This document shows, piece after piece, positions 1 through 10,119 of a stretch of DNA of 64,000 bases. Origin of the DNA: Endomicrobiales bacterium (GTDB lineage: Bacteria > Elusimicrobiota > Endomicrobiia > Endomicrobiales > JALOBY01); contig CAWCNJ010000004.1 of NCBI GenBank assembly GCA_963796955.1, positions 224,001 through 288,000 on the forward strand, read 5' to 3'. A model generated the notes under the pieces. The model was not told where the DNA came from and made no database searches. It worked only from the letters and a program-made list of their open reading frames with translations. The translations under genes were made by a program, and so were the position numbers. The number at the start of each line of letters is the position of its first letter. Within the stretch, counting starts at the first letter, position 1.

Positions 1-737
1 GCGGCGATACGCTGATGACCAACACCGGGAGCAGATATCTCCATCACCGGTTCCGGATAGGCCTGCGCTTTAAGTTCGGCCGGGCTGCCCATGGCGATAA
101 CAGAGCCCGCGCGCATCAGCGCTATCCTGCCGCATTGCTCCGCTTCGTCCATATAATGAGTTGTTACTATAACCGTTTTGCCTTTGCCTGCCAGGTTTCG
201 TATCAGTTCCCAGAATTTCGCCCTGACCGACGGGGAAACGCCCGAGGTAGGCTCGTCGAGAAAAATGATCGATGGGTCGTGCAGCAGGGTGGCCGCGAGG
301 GAAACTTGTTGTTTTATGCCGGAGGGCAGATCCCGGACCATGGTGGCTATGGGATAAATAAAACCTATGAATGAGAATAATTCTTCCATACGCTGCTTCG
401 CCAGGATCGGTTCCATACGGCGCAAGGACGCCTTAAAGGACATATTTTCCGCCACCGTAAGATCATCGTACAGCGTGAATTTTTGCGACATGTAACCGAC
501 GATAGATTTGATATCGCGGCCGTGGGCGGCACAATCCTGCCCGCCAACGCACACCGAGCCCGAGGTTGGCATAAGCAAACCGCACAGCACGCGAATAGTG
601 GTGGTCTTGCCCGCGCCGTTGGCCCCCAGAAAACCGAAGATCTCTCCCGTTGCGACAGAGAAACTCACGTTGTCAACGGCCGTGAAATCGCCGAACTTTA
701 CGGTTAATCCGTTCAGTTCTATCGCAGGACCGTTCAT
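1..737 (-). CDS. ABC transporter ATP-binding protein (3' end runs off window)
   Basis: Manual translation from ATG at 737 (ATGA overlap with the upstream stop): MNGPAIELNGLTVKFGDFTAVDNVSF...GANGAGKTT (Walker A)...FLDEPTSG (Walker B)...TTHYMDEAE. Open to position 1 and absent from the ORF track. Confidence 0.9.
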   Translation of the reverse strand, partial: MNGPAIELNGLTVKFGDFTAVDNVSFSVATGEIFGFLGANGAGKTTTIRVLCGLLMPTSGSVCVGGQDCAAHGRDIKSIVGYMSQKFTLYDDLTVAENMSFKASLRRMEPILAKQRMEELFSFIGFIYPIATMVRDLPSGIKQQVSLAATLLHDPSIIFLDEPTSGVSPSVRAKFWELIRNLAGKGKTVIVTTHYMDEAEQCGRIALMRAGSVIAMGSPAELKAQAYPEPVMEISAPGVGHQRIA

Positions 738-1453
738 GCTTTTGCCTTCTGTAGGAATATCTCGTCGAAACTGCCGGCAGCGGCATCCTTGAGCAGCGCG
801 CCCGGTTCGCCGTTGAGCAGTAGTTTTCCGTTGTCAAGAAAGTGCACTCTTGAGCAGCGTTCCGCCTCATCCATATACGCGGTTGAAACGATCACGGAAA
901 TGTTGTCGGCGATAAGCGCATAGAGCAATTCCCAGAATTCCCTGCGGCTTATGGGGTCGACCCCGTTGGTGGGTTCATCCAGAAGAAGTAATCCGGGCGA
1001 TTGCAGCAGCGTACACATCAGGGCGGTTTTTTTGTACATCCCGCCTGATAATTTTCCAACGGGTCTTTCCACAAAGCTTTCCAGCCGCGTTATGGCAAGC
1101 AGTTCCTGACGACGCTTGTGATACGCGTCCGCCGTCAACTGATAGAGATCTTTAAAGAACTCCAGGTGTTCGTTAATGGTTAGATCGGGGTACAAACTCG
1201 CTTTAGAAGGCATATAGCCTATTTTTGCGCGAATGTCGTTAAAGCGTGCAGGTGCGCCCTTAAAGGTATAATTTATTTTGCCGCTTCCTGCGTGCAGCAG
1301 CCCGGCCATGATGCGCATAAGTGTCGTCTTTCCCGCGCCATCGGGACCGATAAGCCCGTGCAGAAGTCCCGGCTCAAATGATACGGTCAGGTCGTTGAGT
1401 GCCGTGGTTTTATCGAATGTTCGATATAAATGTTCTGTTTCAATGCCTATCAA
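734..1453 (-). CDS. ABC transporter ATP-binding protein
   Basis: GPDGAGKTT, LSGGM signature, LLLDEPTNGVD, STAYMDEAE. Confidence 0.92.
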   Translation of the reverse strand: MIGIETEHLYRTFDKTTALNDLTVSFEPGLLHGLIGPDGAGKTTLMRIMAGLLHAGSGKINYTFKGAPARFNDIRAKIGYMPSKASLYPDLTINEHLEFFKDLYQLTADAYHKRRQELLAITRLESFVERPVGKLSGGMYKKTALMCTLLQSPGLLLLDEPTNGVDPISRREFWELLYALIADNISVIVSTAYMDEAERCSRVHFLDNGKLLLNGEPGALLKDAAAGSFDEIFLQKAKA

Positions 1454-2172
1454 GGCAGTTTCACCTCTACCGTCATGCCGGGTTTCATGAACCGGTCTGC
1501 ATTATTGAAATTGATCTTGACACCGTACACCAGTCTGGTGCGCTCATTGCGCGTCTGCACGTTCTTGGGGGTGAACTCGGCTTCCTCGTTGATCTTTATT
1601 ATGGTACCCGGTATGGTTTTCATGTTCGCTTCAGCCACGACGCCCTCCACCGTCATACCGGTTTTGATCTTCGCCAGACCATCATGCGCTACATATATAT
1701 ACGCCCATACGGTAGAGAGATCTTCCAGCATTAAAAGTTTTGTGCCGGGGTTCACCATCTCGCCGGGTTCATGGTACCTGGTGATCACGGTGCCTTCCAG
1801 CGGCGAAGAGATCGTACACCAGCTTAAGCGCACCATCGCGTCATCGTATTTAAATTTAAGCCGGTCGAAGGTTTCACGGTTCATCGAGCCGTCCGCCAGC
1901 AGCTGCACCGCCCGCCGGTAATCCCGCCCTGCGGCATCGGCGGCCACCCGCACGTCGTCGCCCGAGATGGAGACCAGCAGATCGCCTTTCTTTACGTTGT
2001 CGCCCTCCTGCACGGTCACCTTTTCGATGGTGCCCATCAGCCGCGATGACAACTCTACCGTCGTCGCTTCCACCGTTCCTGCATACAGGAATTGACTTCG
2101 CTTGCCGGCCACAAAAGCCACTATCCCCGCGAGCACCAGCACCGCAATAATGACCGGTATCCGTTTTTTCAT
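1450..2172 (-). CDS. HlyD-family membrane fusion protein
   Basis: N-terminal TM, lipoyl-like halves (VQEGDNVKKGD; SPLEGTV), AEFTPKNVQT motif; lies between TolC and ABC genes. Confidence 0.9.
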   Translation of the reverse strand: MKKRIPVIIAVLVLAGIVAFVAGKRSQFLYAGTVEATTVELSSRLMGTIEKVTVQEGDNVKKGDLLVSISGDDVRVAADAAGRDYRRAVQLLADGSMNRETFDRLKFKYDDAMVRLSWCTISSPLEGTVITRYHEPGEMVNPGTKLLMLEDLSTVWAYIYVAHDGLAKIKTGMTVEGVVAEANMKTIPGTIIKINEEAEFTPKNVQTRNERTRLVYGVKINFNNADRFMKPGMTVEVKLP

Positions 2173-3557
2173 TTTGTTGTTTCTCCTTCTTGTGTTGAAG
2201 CCAGTATCGCCTCGTTTATCAATAACTGTATCTGTACCCGTGCCAATTGCAGCTCGGCCTCAAGCACCTGGTAATTTGCAGTCTGTAATTCCAGATACGT
2301 AAGGGCGCCGGCCCGGTAAGACCGGTAGGATATGCCGGCAAGCTCACCGGCCTCCGATGCCGCCTGAGCCGCCATCGTCCGTTGACGCTTTAACGCTGTT
2401 AACTGGTCGTGTGCCTTTGCCCAGTCGCGGAAGAGGCCGCGCGCGATCTGTTCCCGCCTGGCCTGCGCTGAAAGCTCCTGAGAGCGATAGCCGGCAGCGC
2501 GATCTTTATCCGCATTACCTTCGAACAATGACCAGCTGAGGTTGGCGCCCAAGGTGTTCTGATTTATGGTTTCAAGCACCATGGTGTTCGGGTAATCTAA
2601 CGATGTCCGGGCGGTTAATTGCAGGCGCGGCCAGAAGGCTGCATCCGCTGCGGCCGCGGCGTAATGGGCGGATTCTATCAGTTTCTGCGCTTCCATCAGC
2701 GTCGGGTGCGCCTCCCATAATGTACCTTCGTCGTAGCGCGAGAACCGGGAAAGCAGGTCGTCTACCGGATCGATCTGGGTGATGATGTTCGGTTCAACGG
2801 TATCTTTTAATGTTAAACCGCTGACACGTTTGTCCAGGGGAATGCACGTTCCGGGCAGCGCCGGTGTGCCGCCCGTAAGCGCCGCAAGCTCGCGCAACGC
2901 GCCTGCCATATCAGCCTGGGCCCGGGTTAGCTGCTGCTGCCGTGAAAGCAGTTCCTGGTGCGCGGAAAGTTGATCGATGCGGCTTTTCGCGCCGGCCTTC
3001 ACCTGCTTGGTTATATCGTCGTACTGTGTGCCGGAAAGATTAACGGAGTTAGAAAGCACTACCAGTTGTTCGCTGGCCAGTGTAAGTTGAAAATAGAGGG
3101 TACGGCATACCAGCAGTTGCTGGCGCTTGACAGCCTCGGCTTCCTGCTCTTTTGCGTTTGCATCTGACATGGCGCTGCCGTAAGAGTTGCGTACGGCCCC
3201 GCCGTCAAAGGCTGTCCAGGCGAGTGTCGGACCGACAGAATAATTGGTGTTATCGCCAAGTTTTTGATCGATTGCCAGGGGACCGGCTTTTACATTGAGC
3301 TGGGGCACCACCGTAATGTAACGGTAACTGCCTTCTATGCTCAGGCGCGGATAGACCGGCCCGTGCAGAGCGTCGGCCCGGTAGTGCGCCGCCTTTGCGT
3401 CGTTGAGCGCTGCCTGATATTGAGAGGAATTTTCCAGCGTTAGCTTTTCCGTCTGTGCCAGAGAGACCATCACCGTCGCAGGTTCGGCCGCGTACAACGG
3501 CAGACTGATAACATTCAGCAGGGCGACCAGCACGGCTCGTTTTGAAGATGTGCGCAT
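2169..3557 (-). CDS. TolC-family outer membrane efflux protein
   Basis: Signal peptide, two OEP-like halves (YPRLSIEG; WPRLQLTA; YRAGALTYLEL), operon context. Confidence 0.88.
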   Translation of the reverse strand: MRTSSKRAVLVALLNVISLPLYAAEPATVMVSLAQTEKLTLENSSQYQAALNDAKAAHYRADALHGPVYPRLSIEGSYRYITVVPQLNVKAGPLAIDQKLGDNTNYSVGPTLAWTAFDGGAVRNSYGSAMSDANAKEQEAEAVKRQQLLVCRTLYFQLTLASEQLVVLSNSVNLSGTQYDDITKQVKAGAKSRIDQLSAHQELLSRQQQLTRAQADMAGALRELAALTGGTPALPGTCIPLDKRVSGLTLKDTVEPNIITQIDPVDDLLSRFSRYDEGTLWEAHPTLMEAQKLIESAHYAAAAADAAFWPRLQLTARTSLDYPNTMVLETINQNTLGANLSWSLFEGNADKDRAAGYRSQELSAQARREQIARGLFRDWAKAHDQLTALKRQRTMAAQAASEAGELAGISYRSYRAGALTYLELQTANYQVLEAELQLARVQIQLLINEAILASTQEGETTK

Positions 3558-3594
3558 GGTGTGCCTCTTTATGTAAGATGTCGGTCGAAGTATA

Positions 3595-3624
3595 GTTATA
3601 CAAACGTATCAATAATGGTGTCAA
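3595..3624 (-). promoter_or_regulatory. sigma70-type promoter of the efflux operon
   Basis: Minus strand TTGACA (3624-3619), 18 bp spacer, TATAAC (3600-3595). Confidence 0.55.
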
Positions 3625-3711
3625 TAGTTATTTCGACCTCGCCGGCATGGGGTAAATGTGAAAATATTGTGAACATCCTGTGAAATAAGCATGGAATTAG
3701 TCGGCTGGTTT

Positions 3712-3720
3712 TGCTATAAT
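3712..3720 (+). promoter_or_regulatory. Extended -10 element upstream of hybrid kinase
   Basis: TGcTATAAT. Confidence 0.45.
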
Positions 3721-3777
3721 AATTGGGAAGCACAGAATATCTAGTTTAATATGCGCAACTCCCCCCGGAGATACATA

Positions 3778-5187
3778 ATGGTATTGCAGAATGTTTTGTT
3801 ATCATTGCTTGGGTCTGCGTTTTTCCTGCTCTTATGCGCCGGGGCATATCTCTACGCCGGTCTGCGCCGTAAGAACGGTGCGCTGAAAGACTTAACCCTT
3901 CAACTGGAACAGAAATTAGTAGACAATACCCGGGAACTGTCGCAGACTATCAGCGACCTGAAGCGCAGCGAAAAGGCCAGAAAAGAATTTATCGCGGGCA
4001 TTACCCACGACCTGAAATCGCCGCTGGCGGTCGTTGTGGGCCACACCGAACTGATCAAGTACGCCGTTCAGCCGGGTTCCGACATGTGGAAGTTCTCTGA
4101 AAATATTTTCGCCTCGGCAAACCATCTAAGCCGCCTGGTAGACCGGCTTGTTTCCACCGCCCTGCTGGAGAGGGAAGAAAGACCCATCCTTGACCTCTAT
4201 GATTACGCGTTCTATGTCCGGACATTTTTCAATATGTTTCAGGATGCCGCCCGCAGGAAAAACATCCGTTACGAACTGGTCATAGCGCCCGAACCCATCA
4301 TTATACAGGCGGACATCACCCTGCTGGAAAGAACTCTTGCCAACCTGGTGCAGAACGCGTTTAAATTCACACCGGAAGGCGGCAGCATCACCATGCAGGT
4401 GCACAAGCAGGGCTCGCTCGTTTACACGCGGGTGATCGACACGGGCGTGGGAATCCCTGCCGACAAACTGGACCGGATCTTCGAGAGAGGTTTCCAGGCG
4501 AATGCCGATCATAAAGACCTTGGGTTCGGCCTTGGTTTGAACATTGTAAAAGAGACGCTGGTTAAACTTGGGGGCGACATAATCGCCACCTCCACTGAGG
4601 GAAAAGGCAGCACGTTCACGTTGTCGCTGCCGCTCCACGCAAACCAGCAGGCCGATGTGCAAAGGACGACGGCACGTATCCTCGGCGCCTCTACCGATCC
4701 CAAAGACAGCATTATTCCGATGCTGAAACAGGCGATCGAATCGGAATCAAAATATCCCGCCTTCAGGAACGATCCCAGGTCGTACGAAAACAAATCGCCG
4801 GAAAAACTTACGCTGATGCTTGTTGACGACACCCCGGGTCAGCTGTCGCTGACCATCGCCTCCCTGAGCAAAGACTTCAACCTGCTGATAGCGCAAAGCG
4901 GCGCCGAAGCTCTTGAAAAACTTGCGAAGCATAAAGGTAAGGTCTCAATGGTCCTCTCCGATATGAGAATGGACGGCATGTCCGGCCTTGACCTGCGCCG
5001 TGTATTAGCCGAGAACGTAAACTACAGCCACATCCCCTTCTTTATCCTGACCGCATACGCCAATGATGACGACGCGCTTAAGTCTTACAAGATAGGCGCA
5101 TTCGAATATCTCTCAAAACCCGTAAATTCTTACATATTGAAAGAACGCATCAACCTGTGGCTGAATAAGACACAGGGGCATTGCTGA
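3778..5187 (+). CDS. Hybrid histidine kinase / response regulator with a single N-terminal TM
   Basis: H-box ITHDLKSPL, N-box NLVQNAFKF, DTGVGI, GFGLGL, C-terminal REC (LVDD, LSDMRM, LTA, KP). Start set at ATG 3778 after GGAG. Confidence 0.9.
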   Translation: MVLQNVLLSLLGSAFFLLLCAGAYLYAGLRRKNGALKDLTLQLEQKLVDNTRELSQTISDLKRSEKARKEFIAGITHDLKSPLAVVVGHTELIKYAVQPGSDMWKFSENIFASANHLSRLVDRLVSTALLEREERPILDLYDYAFYVRTFFNMFQDAARRKNIRYELVIAPEPIIIQADITLLERTLANLVQNAFKFTPEGGSITMQVHKQGSLVYTRVIDTGVGIPADKLDRIFERGFQANADHKDLGFGLGLNIVKETLVKLGGDIIATSTEGKGSTFTLSLPLHANQQADVQRTTARILGASTDPKDSIIPMLKQAIESESKYPAFRNDPRSYENKSPEKLTLMLVDDTPGQLSLTIASLSKDFNLLIAQSGAEALEKLAKHKGKVSMVLSDMRMDGMSGLDLRRVLAENVNYSHIPFFILTAYANDDDALKSYKIGAFEYLSKPVNSYILKERINLWLNKTQGHC

Positions 5188-5262
5188 ACCCGAACAACCC
5201 TGATATATTCTCTTAACATTAACTGGCCCCGTTTATAATCCTGCGATGCAAGGGAGTTCGAA

Positions 5263-6807
5263 ATGGTCAATCGATCAAAGCAACGCGTAGAGATCACGGT
5301 AGACGCCGGCATGAAAGTACGTTGTCTGAACCAGCCTAACCTGGCCGGAAATGTGATACTGGTAGACGTGTCGATCAACGGTATGAGCCTGATCGCCGGA
5401 CACCCTCTCGAAAAAAAAATAGATGCCGAAATACAATTGCCGGACAGGTATGTAACCAAAGGTATAGCATGTAAGTTCTCCGTGAAAGCGGAACTTATGT
5501 GGATGAGGTATAGCGAGAATGATAAAACATATATACATGGTTATAGATTTGTAACCCTGGACGAAATAGCAGAGCGCTGCCTGGCCATGCTCATTGAGTA
5601 TGAAATAGAAGAGGACAGGAAATCACTGAAGCTGTTGATACCCAAAGAGCGGCATGACAACTATACAAGGAGCGCCATTAAGGACCGGCTCCAGTGGCTT
5701 TCACACAAAACAAAAACAGGTTTTGCGCATATTCCGCGATTCTCCGTAGATCCCGCCACTTACAAGGGTAATGTTGAAAATATGATCGGAGTCTGCCAGG
5801 TGCCACTGGGGATAGCCGGTCCATTAAAGATTAATGGACAGGAAGCACGTGGTGAATTTTATGTTCCGCTGGCAACAACAGAAGGCGCGCTCGTCATGAC
5901 CTACGATTTAGGAATGCGGCTTATCACAAAGTCTGGTGGAGCCACTACCAAGGTGATACGAGATGCAATACAAATATCTCCGATATTTCACATAGGACGC
6001 ATGTCAAAATCCGATGAGTTTAGCGAGTGGATAAATAAGAATTACGCGACGGTTAAAGATAAGTTCGAAGGGACAACACACCATGGAAAACTCATTAGTG
6101 TAGTGCCCGTTACAATAAACTCGCATGTTGTGGTCAAATTTACTATGTTCACAGGAGATGCACAAGGTCTAAATATGATAAACCGCGCCGTACGCGAGGC
6201 GTGTGAATATATCTCACAATCGACGGGTTACTCCTATATCCAGCGCGCTAATTATTCAGGTATAAAGAAAGTAAATATGGATAATATCTTTAATGGTTTG
6301 GGTAAATCTGTCGTTGCAGAAGTGACAATACCAAGGTCGATACTGAAACTATTGCGTGTGACACCTGAACAGGTGTGCGCATACTACAATAACTGCTTGC
6401 TGGCAAGTGTGTATTCGGGAATGATAGGTATGAATGCTCATGTTGCAAATGCCCTCAGTGCAATATACATTGCATGTGGCCAGGATGTCGCTGACATTCA
6501 TGTTTCTAGTATCGCATACATATCTTATGAGATGACGGAATCTGCCGACCTGTACGCCAGGCTGTATATACCTAATCTTCTCGTTGGTACTGTCGGTGGG
6601 GGGACATCGATCGGCACTCAGAGGGAATGTTTGGAAATACTGGACTGCCATGGTTCCGGAAGATCAAAGAAATTTGCCGAAATTGCCGCGGCATCAGCTT
6701 TGGCAGGTGAAATCACCGTTGTTGCTGCACTAATAAATGGCGAGTATGTTGGAGCACATGAAAAGTACGGTAGAAATAAGACCAAGCATTTGAAGGCGGT
6801 CGCTTGA
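5263..6807 (+). CDS. PilZ domain fused to class I HMG-CoA reductase-like enzyme
   Basis: N-terminal RSKQR and DVSING (PilZ RxxxR, DxSxxG); then ENMIG, LATTEG, GDAQGLNM, GQDVA, GTVGGGT, LAGE and C-terminal His (GAHEKYGR). Confidence 0.85.
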   Translation: MVNRSKQRVEITVDAGMKVRCLNQPNLAGNVILVDVSINGMSLIAGHPLEKKIDAEIQLPDRYVTKGIACKFSVKAELMWMRYSENDKTYIHGYRFVTLDEIAERCLAMLIEYEIEEDRKSLKLLIPKERHDNYTRSAIKDRLQWLSHKTKTGFAHIPRFSVDPATYKGNVENMIGVCQVPLGIAGPLKINGQEARGEFYVPLATTEGALVMTYDLGMRLITKSGGATTKVIRDAIQISPIFHIGRMSKSDEFSEWINKNYATVKDKFEGTTHHGKLISVVPVTINSHVVVKFTMFTGDAQGLNMINRAVREACEYISQSTGYSYIQRANYSGIKKVNMDNIFNGLGKSVVAEVTIPRSILKLLRVTPEQVCAYYNNCLLASVYSGMIGMNAHVANALSAIYIACGQDVADIHVSSIAYISYEMTESADLYARLYIPNLLVGTVGGGTSIGTQRECLEILDCHGSGRSKKFAEIAAASALAGEITVVAALINGEYVGAHEKYGRNKTKHLKAVA

Positions 6808-8942
6808 TAAAGTATTTCCTATTCGGTTGTTATTTAAATAGCTTGGTCAGCGCTCTAGTGGCTGTATTTGTACTTATAAAAGCGCCGTCTAAAAAAATAA
6901 ATGTGCTATGGTGCTTGTTTGGCATCAGCGTTGCACTATGGAGCCTCGGTCTGGGAAGAATGTCATGTTCAGTAGATCAACGAACCGCGACCTTCTGGCT
7001 CGAAAAAGTACATTATCTTGGCGCCATATTCATCCCGACTCTCTTTCTCCATTTCGTACTTGCGATGACGAAAATGGATAATGATAAACGTGGAAGGCTC
7101 ATAATATTATCGGCCTACATATTCTCAGTGACTATGCTTGTTGCTAACTTCAGCCATGCACTTGCTACAGTAGTTCCCAAGGAACCTTTCAATTATTACA
7201 CATACCCCGGGCCTTTATACAATGCATTTTCTGTCGGTTTTTTTGTATACATAGTTTATTCTCTTTACGTGCTGTATCACGAATATAAGCATCTTTCAGG
7301 AATAAAAAGGAACCAATTTAAATATCTGTTTTTTGGTATGGGTGTCGGATTCGCGGGTGGATCGACTGCATTCTTTCCAGTGTATAATATTCCGATCCCG
7401 CCGGTCGGTATTATATTCGCATCATTGTATATTGCGATAGTATCGTATGCCATCGTAAAATATCACCTGCTGGATATCAAGGTCGTCATCACCAGAGCGA
7501 GTATGTTTGTGGTTGTGTATGCATTCGTGATGGGCATACCTTTTTTCCTTTTATATCATATAAACTCGCAAATTTTGACATTGATAGTTGCCATGGTTTT
7601 AGCGACCATCGGTCCTATCTTGTATCGCAAGCTTCAGCAAAAATCTGAAAACCTGCTGCTTGCAAAACAGAGGGAATATCAAAAGCTGTTGCGTAATGTT
7701 TCGAAGGAAATGCTCAGGGTTCGCGATCTTGATAAGTTGCTTCCGTATATTGTGGAAAGCGTTACCAATGCGGTCAATCCGGAGTTTTCCGCTATATATC
7801 TGGCGCATGAAGGGGAATACGTTTTAAAGGCGTGGCGCAAGGTCAATCCCGAACCGGCGTACAGCTCTATTTCTGCCGGTCATCCCATGATAAAAGTGCT
7901 TAAGAACGTGGGCCCCATTGTTTTTTATGATGAAATGAAGGAGAATATATCTGAGATCGCCCTTCCGCTTCATTTATTGATCTCTCTTAATGTCGATAAC
8001 CGGCTGGTGGGCATATTGCTGCTGGGCAAGAAGATGGACGGCGATATGTACAGCAGCGATGACCTGGATGTATTCGAGATACTGGCGCGCCAGGCGGCTC
8101 TGGCCATAGATTATTGCATGTTCAATAAAGAGTTCCAGAAGAACGAACGAAAAATCTACGGCGATGAACTGCGTGCCAGCGTTACCGGCATGGCGAAAAC
8201 CGTGGCGCACCAGATGGTCAATCAACTCAGCAAGTTCTCCATGCCGGCGCAGTACCTTAATATGGAGTTCGAAAAGTTCCTTGAAGAGAATGCAAGCCTC
8301 GTAAAAGCGAACCCCAATTTGAAAGAGGCGATAAATAACGTTTTTAAAGTTTCAGGCGAAATAGAGATCAACGTGCAAAAAGCGCGTAACATGCTTGATA
8401 AGATGAGCTATTTCGTTAAATTCCAATCCGAAATAGCGCATGCGCACGATTCTTTAGATATAAAGCCGTTGATGGATATGGCCATGAATGAGGTACGTAA
8501 TAAACATTCCCTGCGCGATATACAAATTAACATTTCGATCCCGGAAGGCGCAAGAATATACGGCATAAAATCCATGGTTTATGATACCTTATACAATCTG
8601 CTGGATAATGCGTACGATGCGGTAGAACATAACGCCGAGGCCCGTTCCCAGAAAGAAATAGCTGAACCATATATTCCGTCGATAACTATTGCGCAATTGG
8701 ACCATGCGGACAGGGCGGTTATCTCCGTCACTGACAACGGCATCGGGATGAACGGCAAGATCTACGATAAGGTATGTAATCCCTTCTTTACCTCGAAGTC
8801 GTCTGCCACCGCTTCGATAGGAATCGGACTGTATATGGTTAAGTGCATGGTCGAAGAGATACATAACGGCAAATTATGGTTTGAATCTGAATACGGTGTG
8901 GGCTCGGTCTTTTATGTGTCGTTCCCTCACCGCAAGGCTTAA
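6804..8942 (+). CDS. Membrane sensor histidine kinase (HisKA_7TM-like N-terminus, GAF, HATPase)
   Basis: Multiple hydrophobic segments ending YAIVKYHLLDI; GAF (LLLGKK...YSSDDLDVF); H-box VAHQMVNQL; NLLDNAYDA, DNGIGM, PFFTSK, GIGL. TTG start overlaps the upstream stop. Confidence 0.88.
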   Translation: MIKYFLFGCYLNSLVSALVAVFVLIKAPSKKINVLWCLFGISVALWSLGLGRMSCSVDQRTATFWLEKVHYLGAIFIPTLFLHFVLAMTKMDNDKRGRLIILSAYIFSVTMLVANFSHALATVVPKEPFNYYTYPGPLYNAFSVGFFVYIVYSLYVLYHEYKHLSGIKRNQFKYLFFGMGVGFAGGSTAFFPVYNIPIPPVGIIFASLYIAIVSYAIVKYHLLDIKVVITRASMFVVVYAFVMGIPFFLLYHINSQILTLIVAMVLATIGPILYRKLQQKSENLLLAKQREYQKLLRNVSKEMLRVRDLDKLLPYIVESVTNAVNPEFSAIYLAHEGEYVLKAWRKVNPEPAYSSISAGHPMIKVLKNVGPIVFYDEMKENISEIALPLHLLISLNVDNRLVGILLLGKKMDGDMYSSDDLDVFEILARQAALAIDYCMFNKEFQKNERKIYGDELRASVTGMAKTVAHQMVNQLSKFSMPAQYLNMEFEKFLEENASLVKANPNLKEAINNVFKVSGEIEINVQKARNMLDKMSYFVKFQSEIAHAHDSLDIKPLMDMAMNEVRNKHSLRDIQINISIPEGARIYGIKSMVYDTLYNLLDNAYDAVEHNAEARSQKEIAEPYIPSITIAQLDHADRAVISVTDNGIGMNGKIYDKVCNPFFTSKSSATASIGIGLYMVKCMVEEIHNGKLWFESEYGVGSVFYVSFPHRKA

Positions 8943-8951
8943 GGAGCGCTG

Positions 8952-10119
8952 ATGAACGAAAATACTCAGATACAGGTGCTTGTTGTTGACGACGATAAAA
9001 GTTTGTGTGAAACTACCGCCGCGCTTATAAACGCCGGGAATGGGTATCATGCGGAGTACGTGCAGTCCGGTTCTGGAGCGCTGCACTATTTGGACGAACA
9101 TCCAGACACCGATATTGTTTTGCTGGACTTCAACCTGGGACCTGACCAGATGAACGGTCTGGATGCGCTTATGCAGCTAAAAAAGCAGAACAGCCGGGCG
9201 CAGGTTATCATGCTTACCATTGAAGATACGCTCACGACAGGGATAGCCTGTATGAAGGCGGGCGCCTTCGATTATCATGACCAAGCCGTTCCATATTAAA
9301 GTCTTCGACGAAAAAGCAAAGACCGCGCTGGAAAAACAGCGGGCTCACGAACTTTCTGAAAGCGAAAAGAATGCCATGATCGCCGGTATGGCGGAAGGAT
9401 TATCCCACTCTATCAATAACAGGTTGAGTGATTTCTCTCTTTCATCCAGCGTCCTGATCCTTGAGATCGAAAAGATGATGGAGTGCGGTTTTCGCGGGAT
9501 CGAAGGCAATCCCGAGGTGAAAAGATCGATGGATAATATCTTGAATGTGGCCTACGGCATCAGCAACAATGTCGTCAAGACGGCGGGCATCGTTCGCGGC
9601 ATTGCGAATTACGCACGTATGAAAACAGAAGGGCGCTCGAACGATTATTTTAGTTTTGAAGACAGCGTGGAAGCCGCTCTCAGGGTGCTGCGGGTTAAAG
9701 ACGGTATCGGGGATTTTCCACTGGAGGTATCGGTGGTCGGCGGCATGACGGGGAACATCGCGGTGTTGACCGAAATACTGATCGCGTTGCTGGAAAACGC
9801 GTATGAGGCGACTCAAGAGAAGGCGAATCTTGGTTCCGGCGGATATTCGCCGCACATAAAACTTTCCTTCTCAAAAGAAAAAGATACGATCACGCTGCAG
9901 GTTACCGACAATGGCATCGGCATAAAAGAGGATGTAACGCATAAAATTTACGCGCCGTATTTTACCACAAAAGCATCGGCAAGGAATTATATCGGCAGCA
10001 GTCTGTTCATGGTTAAAAAAATGATAACGGAAGAATACAACGGGCGGATCCTTTGCAGCTCGGAATCGATGAAGGGAACTGCTATACTTATAGAGATACC
10101 TGATAATGGGAGACATTAA
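8952..10119 (+). CDS. REC-histidine kinase hybrid, split by a +1 indel near 9276
   Basis: REC ends GAFDY then an extra C precedes MTKPF (ttcgattatCatgaccaagccg). The downstream frame has SHSINNRL, ENAYEA, DNGIGI, PYFTTK. Confidence 0.8.

Noticed and set aside
15..870. Short ORFs listed on both strands at the window start
   Set aside because: Explained by the minus-strand ABC ATPase genes 1-737 and 734-1453.
5263..6807. Mevalonate pathway operon
   Set aside because: No HMG-CoA synthase, mevalonate kinase or decarboxylase genes in the window; the context is purely signalling.
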